DNA of 64,000 bases from Eukaryota sp. TZLM1-RC (lineage: Eukaryota > Protista > Metamonada: BaSk clade), in the NCBI GenBank assembly GCA_040285825.1, contig JAUPSS010000002.1:3224001-3288000 (forward strand). The letters run 5' to 3'. The position numbers and the translations under genes were made by a program. Positions 34,488-47,305 of the stretch are shown in pieces (within the stretch, counting starts at the first letter, position 1; every line of letters begins with the position of its first letter). The notes under the pieces are model-generated. The model was not told the DNA's origin and made no database searches. It was given only the letters and a program-made list of their open reading frames with translations.

Positions 34488-35247
34488 ATGAATCATCCTG
34501 CCCAACCCCAGTCCCAACAGAATCAGCCCATGTACCCTGCTGCAGTACAGGGTACAGGTGAGACAGCTGTTCCGATGCAATCCCATACTCATGTGGTTCA
34601 ACAAGCTCAACCAGTTCAACAACAACAACCCATAATGATGCAACAAAGCTACCCACCCTCTTACCAATCAAAGTATGTTCGACTGACAAACTAATCAAAG
34701 AAAAAGTACCAATCCCTGGATCATCGTAGGGATTGTTGGTGGATCCCTACTGGTCTTGTGTATCGTTGTCATTGTCGCTATTGCGGCCTTGGACGCAGAT
34801 GAGCCCTATCAAAGCCCACAGAAGATTCGACGATTCTATGGTCGTGACTTCTTTGAGGGTCATGAATTCATGGTTGATATTGATGCCCGGGATATTTGGA
34901 TCTCAAATCACTTTGACGGCCTCTTTAGTCACTTATGTACCGATTCCAAGAAGTGTCGCGGTGGCATTCCCACTTCTTCATGCTCTGACATGTCTCAAAC
35001 TGTTTTGGATGCACTCACCGTTCACCCTGAAGCTGAGAGAGGTTCTACCGTCACTGTCACCAGAATAAGAGGAATGAGCATTTTCCAGAGAAGTTGTACT
35101 CAATACACACATGGTTCAACTGAGTGGTGTTTAACTTCGGATGGTTATCTTGCCAGAGTCAAAGTTTATTTTCAGAATGAAGAAATGGTATTTTGGTTGA
35201 CTGGTGAGAGGAAAGTTACAACTGATGAAATTGCAAGTATGTGCTGA
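34488..35247 (+). CDS. Type II membrane protein, paralog of 5344-6054; 28-nt intron at 34673-34700
   Basis: Removing GTATGTTCG...ACTAATCAAAG gives QSK-KSTNPWIIVGIVGGSLLVLCIVVIVAIAAL in frame; ectodomain contains CTQYTHGSTEWC. Confidence 0.82.
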
Positions 35248-35489
35248 TATTTGATTGGTTAATGCAATGCTGGGTTGTTTGTTTTTGTGGAATAAAGAAT
35301 AATTTCTAAAGAGAGATCATTAGAACAGTGAAATAAAATTGAAATGAGCACATTTCAAAGAACAGCATTAAAAAAGCACCAGTAATTTTTTTAACGTTTG
35401 TGATTATGTTCTTACCTTTTTTTAACATAAAGGACTCACTTCTTCCAAAGGTTCTTGCAAAAAGTTTTGTAAGTGTTTCAATTAGATGT

Positions 35490-36740
35490 AAGCAATTGAA
35501 TGAATGGTAAAATCGTTTTCTGGATCACTATCATCTTTTGGTTTGTTTTCCGAAAACCTAATAATTGGCTTTTTTGTGCTGAGCAAACTGTGTCTGGTGG
35601 AGGTAAAAATATCATTTTTGAATTTTGGGAACGTTTTCCTGAAAACCAACATTTGATAGAACATTGTGTAAGTGATTATTTGGTGTCTTTGCAGAATAAA
35701 ATAGGCTGCCTCTTTCCTCACATCTGACCCAAATGCCTTCCTAGCTATATTCAAAAACTTTCCTCTAGAAGTGTGGTTTCCTTGAAATTTACATACGCCA
35801 AATTGCAGAAAAAGATAGTAAGAGTTTTTGAGAATTGAGATTTTACTGTTCGTCCTGGCTTGTCTAAAGAGAAGAATCCCGTTTTTGCTAACTTTTTAAT
35901 TAATCTTAAGAAAAGTAGCTCAGGTTGTCTCATTTTCCAGCTTCCAAATTTTTACGGTCTATTGTTAAATGACCATCAAATGACAACTACCCTAAGGATG
36001 AGGTGTTTTCTGTGGCCATGTAGTGTGCCAAATGATTTGATGTGTTGTTGTGGTCAGCTCATTAATCTGAATCATTTATTCAATTGCAACTTTAATATTA
36101 CATATCGCTCAGTTGTTCATGATGCTGTTAGAAACCAATTATATGATATGTACAAAAGCCACCATATTACAGCTTTTGTTAAACCACTTGTGGGTAAGTT
36201 GTCACCTCAAAATGAAGATGAAAATACTTTCGGGAAACGCCCTGCTGATTTAATCACTCCTGGGAGTAATGATGTAATCGATCATAGTTGTTGATGTTGT
36301 CACTGTTGATGTTTGTAAAGAATCAACAATTGATTTTGCTCAACAAGATGAAACTCCGCTCTGCTTTGCTGAGAAGAGCAAAATCCAAAAGTACAACGAA
36401 CCCTTATCTCACCTGGGACGTGTTGAGCATGTAAAGTATCAACTGGTTTCATTTGCTGCTTCTCTTTTTGGTAACATTGGAAGATCTGGCATTAAATTTC
36501 TCGAAGGCTATAGAAGTTTAATAAAAGATAGAACAGGAATAGAGTTGAATTTTAATTTCTTGCACAACAGAATTGTGTTTATTATAATTAAAGCAATTCC
36601 AGAAATGATAGCCAAAAAACTGTTACAATTAGGACTAGAGTATGAAAATCGCACACTGAAGAGATTGGATAATGTTGATGCGTGTATTGAGGACATTGAG
36701 TTCTAGTTTATGCGTGAATATTTAAAACGAATAAAACAAA
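35490..36740 (+). mobile_element. 5'-truncated CRE-like RLE retrotransposon (same subfamily as 6943-7811)
   Basis: HLFNC, HDAVRN, KRPAD, AEKSK; AATAAA and A-rich tail. Confidence 0.88.
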
Positions 36741-37129
36741 GAAAAAATTTACAATAATTTCACATTTGATGAGAGCAATATCGTTGGAAAAATTCAGAAA
36801 TCAACTTACAGAACTTCAGACTTTCAGAACTGGTCAGCACACTTTAGATAATCTGCTTTTGTAAAACCATAATTAAACTTCATCCCGCTCAACCAACACC
36901 AATGATTTTAAGTTGAAAATTGTATTGAAATCATCACAATAATGACTTTTCGTCTGACTTTGTAAATGGCACTTTGGTTTGAAACTAAAGGAGAAGATCA
37001 AATTGGATTGTGAATGAACATCCCTGACAAAACAATTGCAATTTGCACGTAACTTGATGGCAATTTCAATTATAATTTCTTATAAATTACGTATTTTATG
37101 TTTAAACTTCCACACTTAACAAAATAAAC

Positions 37130-38516
37130 TCAGAACTAATGAGAAGAAATTCATTGAGCCACGATTTTCTCTACAAAATCTTGCTCTGCTTGCCGCCTCG
37201 CTAAAATTTCTCTTATTCGATTAAAAAACCGAAGCAATCTATTAATTATGGCAAATTGAATCCAAAAGCGCTATCAAAAGATATAAAATTTTTGTAATTG
37301 TTTTTCTTGAACCATTTTTTGGAAATCATTCAAGAAAGTTCTTGCTTCTACTAATGGACTGCCGTTTATAGAAAAAGGGAAAGCACTAAAAACAAGTGGT
37401 CTATTTCTATCAGCATCAGCTTCTTTGATATTTTTGTCCAGCTTATTGAGTTCTGGGTACCAACAAATGTATAATATTGCAGCAATATCTTTAACTTATA
37501 TCGTAAACACGGGATTAAAACCTGTGTACATGCAGCAAAAGAGATAATTAATGAAAATGGTGAAAAACAATTAAAGAATGAAAATGAAATTTAATTGATT
37601 CCATCATTCCCTTATAAATAAAAAAAATCTTATTTTGCCCATAAACACGATTGAAAGTCTTGTCAGTTTTTTTCTTTACAATTACGTTAAGTATTGTCAT
37701 ATTGTCCATGTTTTTCATTCGCATTGTATTCGAGAGCACTTACAGAAGCAAGTTCCCTTCATTTAACCATAATGTCTTTTGCACCATTACAGGATAAGAA
37801 ACCAACAACAGCTTCAGAGTTCTCAATGCAATAACAGTGTACATCACCTCTGTCATTAGAAGCAAAATTATTCAATGACAGTGTTTCTTTCAGCAGAGGC
37901 TCTTTGATACATGATATTCGTGCAGTTTGTGCCATATTGAAAACAGTGTCTCTAACAGCATCATGTAATGAAGAACGATAAGTTATCAATTTCGAACAAT
38001 TAAGAGCTTTGTGCACCGTGAACTGTGGTGAATTCAAACAACTACATTTTTTCTTTATAATGATTGGTAAATGGGAATATTCAAATATAATCTCAGTTTT
38101 GTTACAAACGCTTCATTATTAGCACAGAGTTCAAATTTTCGTGGCACAACGGTCTCAATCAGTGAAGAATCTGATGACTGATTTTCACAAACACTTTTTT
38201 GCAATAACAATAAGTGGAGATCTTGATTGAAAACAGCCAAACTGTATATTTTTTATCAAGATCGTTTTCATACATTCCAGTCAGTCGTTCTGAAATGTTT
38301 GAAGAGTAATTTGTTGAATTAATATCATTCTTTTCGGGTGAAATACCATTGAGTTATTGGGGAAGTATCGATTCCATTTTTCTACATCAATTTTTGAACA
38401 AACTTTATTTAATGCAAAAATTGTAGATTTTGCGTTGTCATCAATGAACCCTTCCCATCTGCAAATCTTGCAGAATACTCAAATATTGCATTTCTGCATC
38501 CACCAATGAAAGCACA
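37130..38516 (-). mobile_element. RLE retrotransposon relic, 3' part (5' part at 45910-46260), split by the gypsy insertion
   Basis: HDAVRD, DRGD; the empty site reads HYGGLGWTNASILSSCAFIGGCRNAIF in one frame. Confidence 0.85.
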
Positions 38517-38666
38517 TGATGGTCTATGGCTAGGGTTATCGTGTGACATAGCTTGAGTAAATGTAAAGTAATTTATACGAAGAGGAATTGTATTCACTCT
38601 TCTTAAGCTAACAGGCGGAATACTAATAACTAAACTATTAACTATAAATACTATTCAAGACTAACA
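38517..38666 (-). repeat. 3' LTR
   Basis: Matches 45760-45909. Confidence 0.95.
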
Positions 38667-41600
38667 CTGCCTTTTCCTCTCTTTCGAGCGACGAGCCCTG
38701 GAAGCTCTGGTCACAGGAGGTGAACTAATAGAATTATTACGCTTCTTGGGAGGAGCGGATTTAGTACGGCGACGTGCTTTTGAAGTCTTGATAAAGTCTT
38801 TATACGCGGCAGTATTTTGGACTGTAGACTCGTGCTCAGTGGTGATCTCTTTTCCTGGCCATTGCACTTGGCAAAAGTCACCATCCTGACTGAGCACTTT
38901 TTCAATGATGTGTTCTTCGACATCACCTGCAGCGACCCAGGAGTGGAACTCATCGTTGGTGGGCAAGCTGGAGTGCCAGGGAGCTAAGTGTTTGACGCTA
39001 GCTTGGACAATCGTACCTGTGCAGAGATTCTTAATATTCACAGACGAATTGGATACGATTTCAGTAATTAGGAAGGGTCCTAAATAGTCTCCATGAAGCT
39101 TAGCGGAAGAGCCAGAAGCTCTCAATACCAATTGACCAACTTCAAAAGGGTTTGGAGTTGACGATCTAGCTAGCTTGGAAGCTTTGGAAGCTTGATGATG
39201 TGCTGCCTTTTCCTGTTTCTCTTTCAATCTTCGAAATTTAGATTGAATTTCTTGAATAAAAGATGACTCAGACGTCGAGCTTTCAATGATTTCAAGAATT
39301 TTGCCAGGGTCTGATTTGGGAGACACATCAGAGCCAAAGATCACTTGGTATGGAGTGTGGTTGGTTATTGAGCTCTTGGAAGAGTTGATCAATAATTGCA
39401 CATAAGGCAAGTATTCAGACCACACATCGTAGGCATTGAAGTCTACGAGCAATTTCCGTAGGTTTTGCAGGATGTCTCTGTGTCGGCGCTCTACCAGGCC
39501 GTTGGACGGGGAAAACCTAGGTATTGACTTTGACACCTCTATGCCCAAAAATTTGCTTAATTCGTCAAAGACAGCCTTGGAAAATTCGGGTCCATTATCG
39601 CTGTGGATTTGAAATGGAATACCAAAGATGGCACAGACTTTCCAAATTAATGCATCTGCAGTAAGATTGGCATTTATCTCTTTTAAAGGCACGATGATCG
39701 TGAACCTAGAGAAGCTGTCGATAAATACGAGGATGTATTTGTAGCCTTCTTGATCTTCTGGAAGAGGACCAATGACGTCGGCGTTGACGCGAGCAAAAGG
39801 TCTGTCAGCCCACAATGAACCGGTTGGGGGAACATGCAGTTTGGGAACTGGCTTTGTTTTCTGACAGGAGGGGCATTCTTGGACGTGCTTATTCATGTCG
39901 GTGAGCATGTTTGGCCACCAATAATCGCTGTTCCTGAGCTTGTTCAGGCTTTCAGCTTTGCTTGGATGACCTCCTTGCAGAAGTCCATGCAACAAGTTAA
40001 GGGTGTCCTTAATGAGTGATTTGGGAATCACTATCTTGTTGTCGTGAGTCATATATAAATCAAGATGATTGTTATGAACACAGTTGTTGAAAGAGGGGTC
40101 TTTGGAAGCTATGGCAAGCTTCTGTTCGGACCTAATCCTACAGAGCCATGGCTCGAAAATAGGCAGGTCGTTGGAACATCGTTCTCTGATGACCATGATA
40201 CGTTCGAAGTTGTTTAAGTCTTCGATGTAGTATCTTTCATTTTCTGTTCCATCAATTTTATCAATGTAAAATATTGGATGAAAATTTGGAGGCATTTGAT
40301 GGGACAAATGATTGATCTCTTGATGGTCTATAGGCGGAACTATTCGAGACAACATATCAGCCCAGAAGTTATCTTCCCCTTTGGTATGTACCAAATCAAA
40401 GCAGAATTCAGAGAATATGGGTAACCATCTTGTTACAATTCTGTTCTTCTCAGGAGCCGTCAACATGTAGGTAAGGTTTTGATGGTCTGTGAATATGACC
40501 AGTTTCCTTCCTTTTAAGTAGTTTTCAAGACCACTTTGAGTTAACATGAGTAGGATAGCGTAGAGTTCCTTTTGGTTAGTCGGCCAGTTCTTTTGCGAGT
40601 TGGTTAACAACCGGCTGAAGAAGCTGATAGGCCTACATTTCCTATTGATCAGGGGGGTACCGGGGTCGTCGACTTGTTCGATTTGTTCCCATATGACGCC
40701 GCCTACAGCAATGTCGGATGCATCGCAACTAATTAGAATTTGGTTTTCCTGCGGAGGTAGGCTGAGCGGCATGTGTTTCGCTATCAGTTGTTTGATCTTT
40801 TGAAGGAGTCCGTCGTGCATGTCGGTCCATTGAAGGCGTTGCGCGCGGGGTTTGGGTTTAACTTTGGAGTTATTTCCATCCTTCTTAGTCAATCTGATGA
40901 TAGGAGCGATGAGCTCAGATACCTGAGGAAGCCATTCTCTAATGAAGTTGACTGATCCTACGAGGCTGCGGACGTCTTTGATTGTCTTTGGTCTAGGTAG
41001 ATTCAGCAAAGATTCAACGCGAGTGGGATCGATAGTCCGTTGCTTGTTTTGGAAAACACTGCCCAGTATCTTGATTGGGTGTCTGGAAGACACGAAATGG
41101 CACTTTGGAAGTCCCAAGGAAACTCTTTTGCATCTGGCTTGATCAAGGACGCGACGGAGGCGTTCAATGAATTCGTCAAAGGTTGAACCTATGATTATGA
41201 TGTCATCTATGTAAATGAAGACACCGTCTCCAGAGAAGATGTCAGCCATGACGTTTTGGAAAACGGCTGGGACATTCTTTAGGCCAAAAGCTGCACGTTT
41301 GAACATGATACTTTTGCCAGGAATGCTCAGGGCTGTTTTCTGCCAATCCTTTTCAGCAATCTTGAGTTGCCAGAAGGCTTTGGGAGGTCAAGGGTGCCTA
41401 TGTAGTTCGCTTGGGAGAGAAATACCAGCACGTCGGAGATCCTTGGAAGGTTGGGCTCAACAGGAATGGTGTTGGCGTTGACTCCGTCCTTGCCACTATA
41501 ATCACCAGTAAGGCGGGGCTTGCGGTGATCTGGGTAGACCACTAGACAGACAGGGGAGGTGAACTCATGGTTCGATGGGACAGCAAATCCTGAGTCTACG

Positions 41601-44600
41601 AGTTCGTCGAAAATTTGGTTAGCGACCTCTAACCTGGCTGGATTCAGGGTCCTGGGGGGTCTTCTAACTCTGACGTCTTCGTTGTAGAAGTTGATTTCCA
41701 TGGGAGGGCAATCAATACCTTCAGCATGAGGCTTGAGGGTAAATACGTCTTCGAACTCTTTCAAAGTTTGAAGTAGGGACTTCTTGAAATGGTCGTTGTC
41801 GAGGTTGATGGTACAACCAGATGAGTTGATGTGTTCCAACCAACGTGTGGAAACGTTGACGACTTCTGAAGCTTGCGATATTCGATGGTCGAATTCGGCT
41901 TCAGGTAATAGTAATGTGCGACAGGCGTCGTCCATTCTAATATAAATGCCCTTGTTGTTCATCAGCCCAAGGTGACTCAACAAGTCAGCACCAATGAGAA
42001 TGGTCTCATGTCCAGGAACGGTGCTGAACTTGTGTTTCACGTGTACAATCTGGGTAACACTACCTAGTCTAATGCTAAGGGTTCCAGAAGCAGTACCAAG
42101 GGACTGTGAGGTAGTTCCATCAGCAATCTTGTATGAAATGGTTTCGTTGGAACGTGCCATGTTACAATTACTGATGACGTCTTCCGTGACTACTGAGCAT
42201 GTTGCACCAGAGTCAATTATGCTTTTAACTTCGACATTGTTGATCAGGAAGTTTAATTGTAGGCAGTTGTGATTCATGGATTGTACCATAAAAATTGTAT
42301 CAGAATCATGTCCATTTAAGTCGACTTGTTCTGAGAAGAAGTGAGCCTGACTGTTGAGTGTCTTGGTAGGTTCCAAGTTGGCAAGTGGATTGATAAGAGA
42401 ATCTTTCCATGCTGAACTTTCTGTGTGTAGTTGTGTTGTTGTTGTAGGGGGTATGGTTTCTAAAGTACATAAATAGTGACGGGAACGTTTATTGTAAGAA
42501 GAGCCTCTGCCTCTGCCGCGAGTACCTCTTCGACTACGGAAACCAGAACCTCTAGAACTTCTACCTCGAGCTTGTTGTTGAGCTTGTTGCTCTCTCCACT
42601 TCTTGCTCCTTTGGCAGTCTTCGCTGGGGCACCTTTCGGTCGGATGGCCCTTTTTCTTACAGAAGTTGCATTGGACATCAGCGGCCTGGGAAGACGATTG
42701 TGGTAGGCTTCCTCCTCTCTTACTTTGTTTTGGGCGTTTACCTGGACCAGAACCTCGTGGTCTGGGGATGTCAGGTGGGGAGGGAACGACCGTGGGAGGT
42801 CGGCGAGAGGCCTGCTGATGAGTTAATTGGTTCTGATAGGTGAAATCGACATGGTTCAGTTGTTCCATGAACGATCTGGCGTTACAGAAATTCTCGTATT
42901 CAATTTGAAGAACACTAAAGAATTCGCCAAGGGTGTGCCCATCGCATGAGTAGTGGGAGGGAGAGGACCAGATCCTGAGGAGTCTGTCTCTGATAGGGAT
43001 AATTCCTACGCTTTCTAAGACATGAGTAGCAACTACCCAGTCTGGAAGTCTATCAGCTGGAGGAGTGGAGCTTATGGAGAATGTTCTCAATTGTTGAGAG
43101 ATGCCCCTAAACTCTTGGATGGCGGTGGAGCGAGTCAAAACTCTGCCGATGTTGACCATGAAGTCAATCCATCTATTGCCATAATCTCTTTCCGACCAGT
43201 CCATGTTGGTTGCGAGGAGAGCTCGATTAGCCTCATCCAGTCTGCTGAATTGGGTTCTTCTTAGAATTTGAGCCCAAATGATGCGTTCATCTCTTGAGGT
43301 AGGAACCGTGGGAGAAGAGATAGCTAGGTGAGCACCTTGGTATCGTAGCGCATTTAACACCTCGGGGGTGACACATTCAGCGAGGCCTCGGGGGTTGATC
43401 CTCATGGCTTGACGGAACAAGTCCCATTCGTGAACTGGTTCTCCAGTGATGTTACCAAAATACTCATCGATCGATGGTTGGGAACCTTCTCTAGCTAGTT
43501 CTAATTCTTCACGTAGTCTGGCAACTTCGTTAGCTAGAGCTATCTGGGCTGGATCCTCAACATTACCTCTCGTTTCTCTTAGGACTCGGTCGGTACGACT
43601 CCAGAGAATGAATTTGTTGACAAACTTTAGGAGTTTATCAGCGTCTCTCAAATCAGAAGCTTCAAGATATGGACGTTTAGGACGGTCCCTACGTCTGTCA
43701 TCTCGATCTCTTGATCCAATCATTGAAGAGAGGAGAAGGCTACTTTCGTATGTGCCCGAGAAGGGTGAATGATGTGAGGAAATGGAGGATGTTGAACCTG
43801 TTGTGGAAGGTGTAGGTAGGGGTTGAGGAGCTCGACTAACGGGAGTGATGGGAGCAGGTACCGCATCAGAAGATGTGGTGGGGTGGGTGATTCACTGCTC
43901 ACAGTGACAACGTCGTCGTCAGCTTGTTCCATAGCAGATTGGTTGGGGTTAGAGGTTTCCGTGACAGGAAATGAATCAGTTTCCATGGGAGGTTGTGGTG
44001 ATTCAGGAGGTTGAGCGGAGGAAGATGGAGCTTCACTCTGTTGAGGTTCAGGGGAAGGTACTGTCTCTTCGATCTGGGCTGGAACCTGATAAGAAGAGAT
44101 CGCTGGTTGAACCAAGCGTGTTTTCTCTATACGACCTTCTACCATTACCCACTTTAACATCCTGGATTCTATGCATCCAGGGAAAACGGTGACGAGCTGG
44201 AGGGCTCTTTGAAGATTGCCAGATCTTCTGTGGTCGGGACCACAATATGACGCTATATGATCAGGACGTCTATCATATAGAAAGAGTCTTTCACCATATG
44301 TGGTTTCGGTAAACCACCACCCTGTTCTATAATCTCTGTCGATAAGGATATCGAGAGATGCGTTGTACCCAGGGCTGAACCTAGGGTATGGGCAAGGGTT
44401 GTGAACGTTTATGAAGAGGTTGTCTTCATCTCCAGCGAAGCGTCTGAATACTCCTTCTCGAGTAGTTCTCATGAACCTAACTCCGGGTCTTGGTTCATAA
44501 GTTGGTTCAGGGTCATTCCTGGAGGTTTCTGGGGTGATCCTTTCATCGGAAAGAAATGGACCAATTCTGGGAGAGATCCATATTCCTAAGTCGTTCTCGA

Positions 44601-45792
44601 CTTTGGGGCCGTAGAAAGGAGGACGCTTGTTGCTCATCTCCGTGGGAGGGATGGCCTCTGGGTCCTCTGGAATGACTCGTGTGTTCCTATATCTAGCGTA
44701 AGGGTTGTGCTGGCGGGAAGCACCATGATGAACACTTGAGCTAGCGTAGGAGCTAGTTTGAGAAGGGGTAAGTTGAGCAGGTGTAGAGGATGTTCCTCTT
44801 CTAGCCTGTAACTCTCTTTCCAATCTGTTCTTGAGTTTCCAGATTCGATCTTCATGGAAGTAACGTTCTAAATATTTTTTAGAAACCTCACCAGTTTCTC
44901 TATCAATTTCAGGAACATGTTCCGTGGGAGGAATTGGAGGTTGAGCTGTGTGAGAAAATTCCCTGGGAGGTTCCTCATAGTCAACCAGATCTGAAAATAA
45001 TAGTTCATACCTCTTCCTTTGCTCTTCGGAAAGATGCGAAGGAAAATTTGGTGTGCTAGGAGTGGAATCTCTAGCCTGGGGAGGGGAAACAGACAGATTG
45101 TTAACTCCTCTTACTGTTGATGTAGTAAGAGGAGATCCTGAAGTTGGGACAGCAGGATTTTGAATAGTTCTCCTAACAGTTGGAACTGGAGGGAGAAGCT
45201 GTTGAGAGTGAGAGGGTGGGACCTCAGAACTAGATAAAAGGGATGAAGATGGTACTTCAATGGCCTTAGTGGAGGAGGAAGAGGGTTGATCTTCCAATCC
45301 TTCCTTTGACGTGAGAGAAGGTTGAACAGTCTCTCTGTTCTGAATAGAAGGTGAAGTTGGTACTTCAGAACTTCTTTCTGGGAGGGGAGAAGGTGGGACT
45401 TCAGACGCCCTTAAATGTGAAGGAGGAAGAGGAGCAACGGAATCCTCAACATCTTCATCGTCGTAGGAGACTAATGAAGGGCTTCTTCCTTCCGAAGGAA
45501 TAGAATCCTTAGGAGGGTTGTCTCCTTCCACAGGAACGGAATCCCGAGGAGAGGAACTTCCTTCCATGGGAACGGAATCCTCAGGAAGGGAACTATCTTC
45601 CTTTGGGGTAGAACCCTCGGGAAGAGTTGCTTCAGGAAGCGCAGAAGCTTCAACCGAAGAAGGAGGCACGGAAGCAGAGTCTGTGGTTAGTGGTGAGGAA
45701 GAGGGACCAGTCTCTTCCTCAAGGATCCTACGCTGAGCCGGGGACGACCCAATACGTATTGATGGTCTATGGCTAGGGTTATCGTGTGACAT
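38661..45792 (-). CDS. pol: Gag-Pol polyprotein (about 2370 aa if the two 1-nt deletions near 43880 and 41380 are repaired)
   Basis: CNFCKKKGHPTERC knuckle, IIDSGA protease, RT LDLPK/AFWQ and YIDD, RNase H DASD/TDH, integrase H..H..CPSC, HSDNG, NGLVER, GPF, chromodomain-like EEHIIEKVL..VQW. Confidence 0.93.
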
Positions 45793-45909
45793 AGCTTGAG
45801 TAAATGTAAAGTAATTTATACGAAGAGGAATTGTATTCACTCTTCTTAAGCTAACAGGCGGAATACTAATAACTAAACTATTAACTATAAATACTATTCA
45901 AGACTAACA
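45760..45909 (-). repeat. 5' LTR (contains TATAAAT and the Gag ATG at 45792)
   Basis: TGTTAGTC...GACCATCA. Confidence 0.95.
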
Positions 45910-46260
45910 CACACGAAGAAAGAATTGATGCATTTGTCCAACCTAAACCGCCATAATGTGGACTAAGATAAGCATGATCAGCAAGTTGGGACATTTTCCA
46001 TCAAAGTTATTCTGACAACACTTTTTCTTGTAATTCCTTAAACTTCTGGACCAAGGGCCTAGATATAAGATGATTTGTATATTGAAATAAATAATTAAAG
46101 TTAGAAATTATAACAAAGTCTCAAAATGGTAAATTTAATATGTCGCGACACATTTCATTTCATTATTTGGTCAATTTTTCCGGAAATTGAATTGAACTTA
46201 TCAAACAATTCTTTGGTAAGTTCATCATATTTTTTCAGAACGAGCCCAAATGACGAATAG
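45910..46260 (-). mobile_element. 5' continuation of the RLE relic split by the gypsy element
   Basis: HAYLSPHYGGLGW motif, contiguous with 38516 after TSD collapse. Confidence 0.75.
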
Positions 46261-46299
46261 CATCTGATGACGAATCTGGCTTGAATGCAGCAACAAAAA

Positions 46300-47305
46300 C
46301 TATTTTATTGCCGTTTCAATATGGAATTAATACCACTGATGGTGTTTCCGCAGCAACATTTGCTACAGATGTATTATTTCGCCAAAATGAACCTTTTAAA
46401 GCAACAAGCAGAACAATATTATGTAGGCTTTCAGGATCGCAATAGGACGAACACCCATTTCTGAATTCTTGATAAGTGCAGTCAATCGAGAATTTCTTTA
46501 TTCTTCTAGATATTTAAGTTGACCAGTCAATATTCTATTAAAAAATTTGGTTAATAAAACAAGACAATCCTCTGATGAAATAACTACGGCTTGTATATGA
46601 TCAATAGAAATACCAGAAAGCCCGGCAGACTTACCTTGTGGTCGCTTTTTTATCACCGAAAATACTTCTGATGCCATCAATGGATAGGTTTCCCAATAAG
46701 CTCCGTAAAAACTTTGATCCATTATTGGGTCTTCATAAGGATGAAGTATTTTCAGTTTATCTATAGTATCTTCATTGTTGGGTGCTTTAACTCTGGGACT
46801 TAAAGCAAACAAAGCCCTCGACCATTTGTCGTCAAAGCATTTGTCTTCAACAATTTTACTCAATTCCTCAGATGACTGTTTTTTCGGTAGTTACACGATA
46901 TTCAAATGATTGCAACTATTGATTCGGCTGCGTTTTGTTCAGTGCCATACTGAAAACAGTGTTTCTAACAGCATCATGTAATGACGAGCGATAAGTTATC
47001 AATTTAGAGCAATTTAGAGCATGGCGCAATTTGAGCTGTGGTGAATTCGAACAAATACATTTTTCTTTTGATAATAATTGATTAATGGGGATATTCAAAT
47101 ATAATCTCATTTTTGTTACAAATGCTTCATTAGTGGCACACAATCCAAATCTTTGTGGTACAATGGTTACAAAAAGTGAAGAATTTGATGACTTATTTTC
47201 ACAAACACCCTTTTCCAATAACAATAAGTGGAGATCTTGATTTAAAACAGCCGAGCTGCATATATTTACATAAAGATCATTTTCACACATTCCAGTGAAT
47301 CGTTT
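46300..47305. mobile_element. Cluster of CRE-like RT and RLE fragments on both strands
   Basis: FQYGINTTDG (+); PQGKSAGLSG (-, 46498..46863); CICSN..HALNC, HDAVRN (-, 46916..47290). Confidence 0.75.

Larger units (their letters stand above)
38517..45909 (-). mobile_element. Full-length young Ty3/gypsy (chromovirus-like) LTR retrotransposon, 7393 bp
   Basis: Apparently identical 150-bp TG...CA LTRs, 4-bp TSD CACA (38513-38516 / 45910-45913), PPT GAAAGAGAGGAAAAGG, domain order PR-RT-RH-IN. Confidence 0.96.

Noticed and set aside
37460-37755. Insert within the RLE relic as a Fanzor N-terminus
   Set aside because: The resemblance is too vague to support
41327-43900. Programmed ribosomal frameshifts between the three gypsy ORFs
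   Set aside because: One break is absent in the sister copy and the other lies inside a conserved RT motif; single-base deletions or sequencing errors explain both
45735-45751. TGGGTCGTCCCC as a tRNA primer-binding site
   Set aside because: It is 8 nt away from the LTR end and is not conserved beyond TGGGTC in the sister copy
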